This document shows, in pieces, positions 53,918 to 64,000 of a stretch of DNA of 64,000 nucleotides; the stretch's first letter is position 1, and every line of letters starts with the position of its first letter. Origin of the DNA: Eledone cirrhosa (taxonomy: Eukaryota). The translations under genes were made by a program, and so were the position numbers. The notes under the pieces were generated by a model. The model saw nothing but the letters and a program-made list of their open reading frames with translations, was not told the origin of the DNA and ran no database searches. The stretch spans positions 413,602,001 through 413,666,000 of the forward strand of contig OZ024740.1 of the NCBI GenBank assembly GCA_964016885.1. Direction: 5' to 3'.

Positions 53918-54389
53918 TGTAGTAAGACGCCTTACGCCCCCCTGTCGGATAATGGACCAGGCCTGGTTGTCTCCCCCGGTTGAGAACACTATTTAAGTAA
54001 GCAGCAGTATTACTTTCTCAGACAAGACACGGAGAAAGCAAACAGCAGACGGCATTTGTATCACGAAACAGCAGACAGCCTTTGGACCACGAGATCACAC
54101 AGATGTCAATACACTGAACTCCTATGCCGAAGCCACAAGGATAGTGTTGGCCGAGCACTGGTTCATAACTGACTTCACTTTACTGGTCCCGTCACATTGG
54201 TGACCCAGACGTGGGCGTTACATTGGTGACCCACGACAATTGTAATACGTTGCCTTCATTTCAACTGATCACGTCTATATAGTATGTTGTTTCATTTGTA
54301 ATATAACAAACACATAATAGACAAAATAAACATCATCCTTATTTACATTGTTGAATAGAACTCTCGTTGTGGTTATCATCTTGTCTACA
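53918..54389 (+). mobile_element. Solo LTR related to the 46040 Gypsy
   Basis: Starts TGTAGTAAGACGCCT, shares CCGGTTGAGAAC, has AATAAA, ends CTACA. Confidence 0.7.
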
Positions 54390-54598
54390 CACACACCCAC
54401 TCACTTGTTATAATTCTATGAAGTACCTATCCTCTCTCTAACGAAAATGGTGAATAGACGAGGGACTTTCCCTCACGTCTATATTGATAAACTATCCAAC
54501 AAGGATTCCTCATTACCATATATGCATGGGCACCCAAAACTCTTAGCAATAGAATAGTACACACTACCAAGTAATGCCTGCAGTAGTAGCTTTACATG

Positions 54599-54704
<106 letters not shown>

Positions 54705-54861
54705 TATTATTAAGGATACTATTTATGGTTATGTATATACTAAACTTTTTATAGTTATATATATTTTAAACCCTAAACAGTGAAAGACAGTAATTTATTA
54801 CTACCTTATTACCAGTAAGATAAATAGCTCAATGTAATAACATCAGTTGTTCTACAGTTGT

Positions 54862-54943
<82 letters not shown>

Positions 54944-55330
54944 TATATTTATATATATGTGTGTGTATATGTATATATCTATATATGCATATATACATAT
55001 ATATTTATTCATTTATATATATGTTTGTTCCAATGTGGAATGGACTTTCGCCAGACTCAATGATACGGGTTCCTGTTATTCAGTCAATGGAACAGGCTGC
55101 ACATAAAATGAACCTGTAAGTGGCTTGGCATCCCACATATACATCTACCTTTAACACAATTCTTACACAGATCTAACCTAATACTTTCATGCCTGTCTGT
55201 ATAACATGCTACTATTACACACACACACACATATTATATATATATGTGTGTGTATGTGTTTGTATGTGTATGTATATATATATGTATATATATGTATATA
55301 TATATATATATATGTATATATATGTATATA

Positions 55331-55415
<85 letters not shown>

Positions 55416-55495
55416 GTTTAAGCAAAGAATCGGTTTGATATATATTTATCCTTATCGAGCCCTCTTTGTATTTTAGTCTTCATATTTATTATTAT

Positions 55496-55561
<66 letters not shown>

Positions 55562-55566
<5 letters not shown>

Positions 55567-55838
55567 ACACAAAGAGAAGTGTGTTACACAGTGAGATGTG
55601 TGTAAAGAATTATTACAAGTGAGTTTTACCGTTAATGTATAGAGAACAATATCTACAGGTTTAGCAATTAAATAGAAAAAAAACTAAGTCAGAATCAAAT
55701 CTCTGAATTATGGTTTTAAATTACCGACCTTATAATTATATGTTTGCTGATTGTTCGCTATACAGTAACGGTAAAACTCACTTGTAATAATTCTTTACAC
55801 ACATCTCACTGTGTAACACACTTCTCTTCGTGTAATAT
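55562..55838. repeat. Fold-back element with about 89-bp inverted arms next to (TA)n
   Basis: 55562-55650 is the reverse complement of 55750-55838. Confidence 0.88.
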
Positions 55839-55937
55839 ATTTGTATTTGAGCTCAGAAGAAAATTCTCTACTCTTCTTTGAGCTAATACTATTATTATTA
55901 TTACAGTGAACTGCGGAATACTCTTAATTCCGATCTT

Positions 55938-55974
<37 letters not shown>

Positions 55975-55976
<2 letters not shown>

Positions 55977-56268
55977 AAGGCGGGTAAAATTCCCGAGATC
56001 CATGGACGAGTTCTATCCAGCGGTCTCTGTCCCTCATTATCGCTGCCATATCCTGCATCTCCAACAGACCAGTGTCTGTCCTTAGGGCATCAACATATGT
56101 TAACCTTGGTCTTCCTCTTCTAGTGTGTCCATGTAGGGGCTCTCAAAGGAGCACTGAGTGCAATGTCAACTCCGGATGTCGGTGAGCATGTCCAGCCAAC
56201 CTCAGTCTCCTCTGTGTCACTTTTGAGCTGACTCTTGGGATGCTCCCATACAGCTCTGAGTTTTTCAT
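55975..56268 (-). mobile_element. RTE-like LINE 3' tip between (TA)n tracts
   Basis: ELYGSIPRVSSKVTQRRLRLAGHAHRH..RRGRPRLTYVD. Confidence 0.75.
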
Positions 56269-56285
56269 ATATATATATATGTATG

Positions 56286-56351
<66 letters not shown>

Positions 56352-56719
56352 CATGTGATGGCGTGTTACTGAGTGGTTCACGTTGCTCCTTCTACATGGA
56401 GTTGAGACCGATAGATAGTACTAGACGAAAACATTGTTTCCTCGGTCCGATTTGACAAAAGTCGATATATATAAACATATAAAACTACTACTATAGCATT
56501 ACATGGTAATATGTAATATTCTATTGCTAAGAGTTTTGGGCGCCCATGCACTCGCGGCGAGAAAACACAGCCTCCATCTCGTACCTTGATCCAGCAGAAC
56601 ATTGAAATGTTTACAACTGGAAAGAAAGTGAGTAGTGCACCACTACTTGCTTTATGCACCTCGAAAAAAGATGTCAAGTGGACCTCGATGCTATTTGAAG
56701 TCAAATCAGAGATTGTCGT

Positions 56720-56821
<102 letters not shown>

Positions 56822-56902
56822 GGGGGGGGGTATACATGTATATATATATATATATATATACAATATATTAACAAATGGAAACTATATTTATAAAACCATA
56901 TT

Positions 56903-56968
56903 TATTTTATTATACATATTTCAAGGGCCACCAAGGCACATTATGGTGCGCTTTCATCAGATAAAATA
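56903..56968 (-). ncRNA. Apparently intact type-I HHR in the 3' pLTR
   Basis: UAUUUUAU CUGAUGA AAG..CACCA..UGGUG..CUU GAAA UAUGUA UA AUAAAAUA; 8-bp stem I. Confidence 0.78.
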
Positions 56969-57545
56969 CAATACAGATTTGTTTTATAAATAAATATTGA
57001 CATACCCTGGAAAAAAGACAACCTTAACGGTTGGAGCTTCCTGGATAGTGGAGATATTACATTTATTGAGGGTGATAGAAAATTATGATTGAGTAGACAA
57101 ATGAGTGTCCGAAAGGTTGTAAAGATAATGCTTTATTTAAATTAAACTGTTGGAAGAAGGTGACATGTGAGGTAGAGAGAAAAAAGAAAGAAAAAAGAAA
57201 AAAAGAAGAAGGAATGACAAAGATAGGAAAGGAAAAAAGAACGATTATATATATTTTGACAGTGAGAATAGCGTGAAGAGAAGAGCGTAAGTATATTTTT
57301 AAGTGAGAGAAGAGATTAGTTTTAAAGGACAAATACAGCGTAAGTATATTTACGTGAGAGGAGAAATGAAGGAAAGAAGAAATGAGAATAGCGTGGAAGA
57401 ATAATAATGCAGGGTTCATTATGTTTTGATTATAATATTTATAATGATAGATTGAAAAATTAGATTAAAGATTTAATTTAGTAACTTAATAATTAGTTTA
57501 AATGTGTATGTTAAAGATTATAAATTATTTAAATAAATATATATT

Positions 57546-58490
57546 TTTTTTTAAGTCGTTTGGAAGCGTCGACAATGCAAATGGATACATCTCCGGGTAA
57601 CAAGATCCGGTGGTGGAGAGAGAGATGTAAGTGGGTGTACGTTGAGATGCGTGGTGTGTATAAAACGTGTAGAGGAATGAAGGAAAGTGCGTAAAGTATA
57701 AAAATAAAAATAACAACACGAGAGAGAGTTACCTTCGGAGAGATTTAATTGTCCCTATATATTTCGGATTCACATCCATCAACTGGGGTTTTTTTCCGGG
57801 GTGGGGGAAAGGTTGTCTGTCGGAAAGGTGCGAAACGTGCCCTCCGCTGTTCGTTGTTTTGAATATCTGAGGTATTCAGCAGAGCGCGCGTGCACGTGAA
57901 ATGGGGTCGGTCAGTCAGAGGTTAGCGGCCGAAGTAGTTCTTTCAATTGTGGGAGTGAGGTGGCGCTAGCTGTCAGTCTATTCTCTGCCTGTTTGTTGAA
58001 TGTTACTGTGTGTGTGTGTGTGCGTGTTGTTGTCTCGCTTGAGTTGTCTCTGTATTGGCAGTGTAGTATGTTCGTATGGTGGAATGCTACTGTGTGTGTG
58101 TGTGTGTGCGTGTGTTTCTGTCTCGCTTGTGTGTGTGCGTGCGTGTGTTGCTGCATCGTTTGTTAACTTAAACCAACCACCTCATTTCGCTTCTCTCGGA
58201 TCGGTTGTTTAATTGTGGCCCTAGGCGTTTGATCCAAAGTGCTTCCTTGATACGTAACGTGCCGATGTTTCTTTCTGTCGCTAGAATTGTGACAATGGGC
58301 CTTCCGTCTTTGTTTCCGCATTTGGCTATGTGTTTCCGGAAAGACGAGGCCTGGTTTTAGTGTGTTCCTTGACACGGATGTGCAACGGCCGGATTGTGCT
58401 ACCTATATAGTATTGGTTGCACTTATTACATTCTATCTTATACACGACGTATGTGCGTAGGCAACAGTTCGCATGGCGCATCGGGCAGTC
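57546..58490 (-). mobile_element. 945-bp non-coding insertion into the pLTR, with TATATT duplication
   Basis: Absent from the inverted pLTR copy; T-run at the left end; degenerate HHR at 57753-57788. Confidence 0.65.
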
Positions 58491-61400
58491 TATATTATTT
58501 TACATTAGAGCAAATCTAGTATAGTTTATTTTATTAAAAGTTGTAAGTCAAACATTTTAAGCATCCAAATAATTCTAAATTTATGGAAAATTTTCGAGAG
58601 TTTACAAAAGAATAACGACTTAGTTATATTATAAAAACAGTAAGGAAGCGTAAAGGAAGTTATAAGTGATTTTTTATAAACTCAGATGACTCGAAGGATT
58701 AAATGCTATAAAGTTAAGAAGTTAAATTTTCTATCTTAAGAATATAATTAAAACATGAACCTTATGTTATTTTATACGAAGTCTTAAATTTACTTGCTAT
58801 AAAGTTAAAACATTTAAACATTTTCCTTAAGAATATATTTAAAGCATAAACCATAGGTTACTCCACATATATATAAAAAATCATATGTTTTTCCACATAT
58901 ATATATAAACATTTGGATATATATATTAAAAACGTTTGAAAATATAAGAATATAAAAATGTATAAATATAGTTGCTTTATATCTTTCAAAGGAATTTTCA
59001 AAAGATTTTCTTAAACCCTTCCGTAAGTTTTTCAAGAAAAACATTCTTTAAAGAAGTTTCAAGCAGTCATATAAAGGAATTTTATAATCTATCGATAGGC
59101 GTAATAATATATATATGAACTAGAGATAATAGAAAATAAATTAAGTATATGAATCATATATAGATATAGAAGACATTATGTAAAAGAGATAAATCGTATA
59201 TTACATTTTATATATATATTTAAAAGTTGAATTTAAACGATGTTTGCAAGAACTGAATAAATTGTTCCTCAAATTAATAGAGTTCTTACTTTTTAGTATA
59301 AAGAATATTTCTTCGACACAAAGGGAACAATTTTGGGATAAAGCAGTGTATGAAGGAGCTTTGGAAATAATATTCGAAAGTAAAGAATAGTTAATGTTCT
59401 TGGATTTCAAGTCCCATAGTAAGTTACATAGAGAAGTTGAAGATTTTTACCAATATTTGTAAAAGAAAATTTATGGTTATTAAAACGGGACTTGAAGTCC
59501 TACATAATTAAAGGGTTTTACATTTGTTTTAACATTACAATTGTATACTATGTTTTTAACTAAACAATTATTATTTAGAGGACAGTTAGATTTATTTCTA
59601 CAATTACATTTATCTAAGTTTATATTATTGGGAGCCGTAACATTATATCGGATATTGCTAGGGGTATTAATGCTATTCTGGTTAGGTTTTAAGTTTCTAT
59701 TATTAATTCTATTAATATGCTGCGCTAAATTCATAGTGGTGGAATATGAGAGTTTAATAGTATGTCTATTAAATATTGAGTAATACCTGTGTGTTCTAGG
59801 TAACATTTATCTAGAGCTTTAAAGAATAATTTAGCAATAGGAGTTTTAATACTTAATGAGAAAGGGGGAGCGAACCATAATATATTTCTAGTTCTATTTT
59901 TTCTTTTGGTTTTCAAGTTAGTATAAGGTTTTCTATTATAATATTTATAGTTGTGGTTAGTTGGCACATCCTTATTATCAATGTATTTAATTGTATTACT
60001 ATAGCTTGCTCTAGTTAACGCTTTGTTATAATATTGTGCCTTATCTTCGAATATAGCTGAAATTCTAGAAATACGTTGCTGCACAGATTTTACAATAGGG
60101 TTTTTAACGGATCTGGGGTGATTGGAATTAAAGTTAACATAGTTTAAATTCTCATTTATTTTATGAAATGGATAATAAAGACCAGTGTTAAGGTTTAAAG
60201 TGACATTTAAAAAATTAACTATTTTATAATTATTCTCTACTTCTCCTTTAAGATTAAGGCAATTAAAAAGTTGTATAATTTCTTTTCTTTTCCTATTTAA
60301 TTCACAATTATTATTATTTTCAATAAGTAATAGCATATCGTCACGATATAAACCACCGGTCATCTCCGGTATTTTGCTATGTAAAGTATTGTTAATAAAA
60401 AGCTCCAGAAGATCCGTTAATTGCGCCGAATCGGATGATCCCATAGTAATATCAAAATTATTATCTCTGTCTGCTCTAGTCTAAAGGTGGTTGCTAAATT
60501 TAATTAATGTTTTACGGGCAGTTAAGATAATGTGCATTTCATTACTAGTTAAATCTGTATATTTAAATGCATATGTAAGGGCTTTATTAAATAGATTAGG
60601 AGTGATAGATGAGTAATAATTCGTAATATCCAATTGAATAAATTTATTGTTATGCTTATATTTAATGTCCTTAAACCAGTCGATAACTTCATTAGTCCTC
60701 ATTCCATAATTTTAAATAAGATTTTTCCTTAAGTTGTGGTAGATTATATCTAAAATATTCTTGCTAAGTATGCCATGGTCCGATTTAGATGGTGCAATCA
60801 ATCTAACTTGTAATTCAATTTCAAAATTTATTTTATGGTCCTTCATATTAATTTTTGATTTCCTAGGTATTTCGATGCCTAATTCTTGCATTATTTAAGA
60901 AACTTCCGTATTTAGTTTTTCAAGGTCATCATTGGTTGCTCTCTTGTAATTCTTCCTTAATTCCTTCAATATAAGATCATTGTAATTATCCCTTTGCATT
61001 CCATAAAGATTGTTGGTTTTATCTGATTTAATTAGAATTTTTTCCGTTTTTTCAAAGCTTTCTATATTATTTTTGAGACTTTTTAGGTAATCCTGGCCTA
61101 CGAAGTGGATTTTCTCAAATTTAATGCTTTGTATGATAGAGATAATCTCATTTTCAAATTCCATTAATAGTTTGTTGGAAGGTGGATTCTTTTTGGATTT
61201 TAAGATTCTATCAAGATTGGAAATATTTGGAAATATTCTATTAAGATTGGAAATATTTCTCGAAAATTTTCCATAAATTTAGAATTATTTGGATGCTTAA
61301 AATTTTTGACTTAACAACTTTTAATAAAATAAACTATACTAGATTTGCTCTAATGTAAAATAATATATATTTATTTAAATAATTTATAATCCTTAACATA

Positions 61401-61940
61401 CACATTTAAAATAATTATTAAATTATTAAATTAAATCTTTAATCTAATTTTTCAACCTATCATTATAAATATTATAATCAAAACATAATGAATCCTGCAT
61501 TATTATTCTTCCACGCTATTCTCATTTCTTCTTTTCTTCATTTCTCCTCTCACGTAAATATACTTACGCTGTATTTGTCCTTTAAAACCAATCTCTTCTC
61601 TCACTTAAAAATATACTTACGCTCTTCTCTTCACGCTATTCTCACTGTCAAAATATATATAATCGTTCTTTTTTTCCCTCTCCTATCTTTGTCATTCCTT
61701 CTTCTTTTTTTTCTTTTTTCTTTCTTTTTTCTCTCTACCTCACATATCACCTTCTTCCAACAGTTTAATTTAAATAAACCGTTATCTTTTCAAACTTTCG
61801 GACACTCATTTGCATACTCAATCATAATTTTCTATCACCCTCAATAAATGTAATATCTCCACTATCCAGGAAGCTCCAACCGTTAAGGTTGTCTTTTTTC
61901 AGGGTATGTCAATATTTATTTATAAAACAAATCTGTATTG

Positions 61941-62006
61941 TATTTTATCTGATGAAAGCGCGCCATAATGTCCCTTGGTGGCCCTTGAAAGATGTATAAT
62001 AAAATA
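61941..62006 (+). ncRNA. HHR in the inverted pLTR (one stem-III mismatch)
   Basis: Same as 56903-56968 except GAAA GAUGUA UA. Confidence 0.68.
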
Positions 62007-62135
62007 AATATGGTTTTATAAATATAGTTTCCATTTGTTAATATATTGTATATTTATCCACACACTGTTGAGTGCTTTATATCAGTTATAAAAATGTGTA
62101 TGTTTGTTGAATCCCAACAAATTAAATATAACCTC

Positions 62136-62259
<124 letters not shown>

Positions 62260-62311
62260 GAGAGATTGATATAGATATATAAATAGTAGATATATATATA
62301 TATATATATAG

Positions 62312-64000
62312 ATATATTTCTTTTATTTGCCACAAGGGCATCAAAAGTGGGACAAGTACAATGGGGGGAGTTTACAAAACAAGGCGTCCTCAATAGGGAG
62401 GAGGCAATAACAATATATAAAAATAAAATAAAATATAACAAAAAATAGAATTATAACAAAATCCTCAATAGAGGACTTTGTTATAAAATATAACAAAAAA
62501 TAAAATTTATAACCAAATCCTCAATAGAGAGGAGGCACCTTGGGGGGTCGCACACACCCCCGAAAAAAGTGTGCAACCCTTTTCCTCAGGAGCACAGAGA
62601 GGGGGTGCTCCCTCGTTCCTTCCTCTTTTCCACCTACAGGCTCATGTAAAGAGAAGGCCCATTCACACGGGCCATTCTCGCCACTTTCACCCACCTTTCA
62701 TAAAAACGACTGGGGTGCAGCACCTCTCTCTCCATCCTGATCCTTCTTCCGAAATGATATCGGAAGAAACGGACCAGTTGTTGGCCAGAGAGAAAGGTGC
62801 CTGACCTCAGTCCTTTCAGACGCGTCCACCATACAACCTCTTTCGCCATGGCTATTACGCACAGAAACACCGCCTCTGCTTCATCTTTGAAGGGGGGAGG
62901 CGGCTTGATCATTACAATAGACTCGGTGGTCAACCGGATCGGTCCCACCCTTGACAGCAGTTGTTCGACATAGCCCCACAGATCGGCTACGCCCGAGCAG
63001 TGTACCAATGCGTGTGCAACGGTTTCCTCGTCGCACACGCATCTGGGACAGATCTTTTTGGCGGGGTCCCTACCCGGGCGCCCGTGTCTGTAGAGCCTTT
63101 CTCGAACGGGTAAAGCTCCTCGGTAGCACTGCCAGGCCAGGGACTTCTGGAAGTTGTCCATAGGTCCCGGGCTGAATGTCCTACCGAACAGGCCGGCCAG
63201 TTCGTCCTCCTCCATGTCTAGGGCTTCTCCGAGGGCGTCGTCGCACCTGCTGCGTACCAGCCCTCTATAGAATGTTGCGGTGGAGTCTCCACTGATAACC
63301 GGATCCGCCTGCCAGAGGGTGGTGAGCGCCTGGGCACACTCAGTATGCCAGGCGCCCAGTTTTCTCGGTCTTTGCTTGACCCAGGATTGCAGCTCGGTGA
63401 ATGAGACGAGTCTGGGAAAGGTTCGTCTCACAAACGAGGCCCACACCGGTTGTCCGGTGAGGAATACGTAGAGGTGCCGTAGCCTTAATGCGTGTTTACG
63501 CATCATTAGCCACGGCATCCCCAGCCCTCCTTTCGAAGGGTGTTGACAGCAGATGGATCTCCTCACCATAGGAGCCCGCCTCTTCCAAAGGAATTGGAAG
63601 AGCGCGCGCTCCATCTTAGTGAGGGTTTCCCTTGGGCAGGGCACTACGGTCAGGCGGTAGTAGATGACGGACGCTATGTAGGTGCTCGCCACCTCCGCCC
63701 GACCTTTCAGGGATAGTTTGCAACTGGCCCACTTCTGGGTCAGTGCAAACACCCTGTTCGTAACCTCCGCCCAGTTTTTCTCCACCTGGAGGTCCGGTCC
63801 GAACCAGACCCGAGCAACTTCACCGGGCCCTCCGTCCAGCGTCCGACGACGCCATCGGAGGGCATCGGTCTGCCCCTCCACGTGCCGAGTTGCAAACCGA
63901 TCGACTTGTCCCGGTTCAGCTTAGCCCCTGTGAACTTTTCGTACTCCTCCAGTAAGGTGCCGACCGCCTCGATTTCGGAGGCCGTCGACACCATTACTGT
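62312..64000 (-). mobile_element. Second Tx1-like LINE copy, 3' part (runs off the window)
   Basis: ORF 62634-63881 homologous to 44551-45702, with CPRC..EETVAHALVHC intact; AATAAA then (TA)n. Confidence 0.92.

Larger units (their letters stand above)
56858..62052 (-). mobile_element. Penelope-like element (Naiad-type) with inverted pLTRs; ORF remnants at 59201-61164
   Basis: [67 protein letters not shown]; 56858-57545 plus 58491-58600 is the inverse of 61258-62052. Confidence 0.9.

Noticed and set aside
57063-57419. Hydrophobic 118/119-aa ORF duplicated at 61488-61847
   Set aside because: Pyrimidine-rich pLTR sequence duplicated by the inversion; no sign of coding constraint

Overview
AT-rich eukaryotic (metazoan) non-coding DNA packed with (TA)n/(TG)n/(GA)n microsatellites and transposon debris. 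The repeat mix suggests a cephalopod such as Octopus (inference only). No intact host gene is evident; there are only 2-3 candidate exons. Recognisable elements: two non-autonomous Helitrons, RTE, Tx1/L1, R4/Dong-like, CRE-like and Ingi/Vingi-like non-LTR retroelements, a CsRn1-clade Gypsy element with a related solo LTR, tRNA-derived SINEs, and at least five Penelope-like elements (PLEs). The main signal is about 20 type-I hammerhead ribozyme (HHR) motifs, intact to decayed, mostly in short elements inserted at (TA)n tracts. They occur as (i) a 743-bp head-to-tail retrozyme-like tandem whose HHR has a 77-nt insert in stem II, (ii) a four-copy family with a compensatory C3U/G8A core (UUGAAAA), and (iii) a size series of fold-back palindromic mini-elements (136 bp to 5.2 kb) carrying HHRs. 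All folds were assigned by eye and boundaries are approximate.
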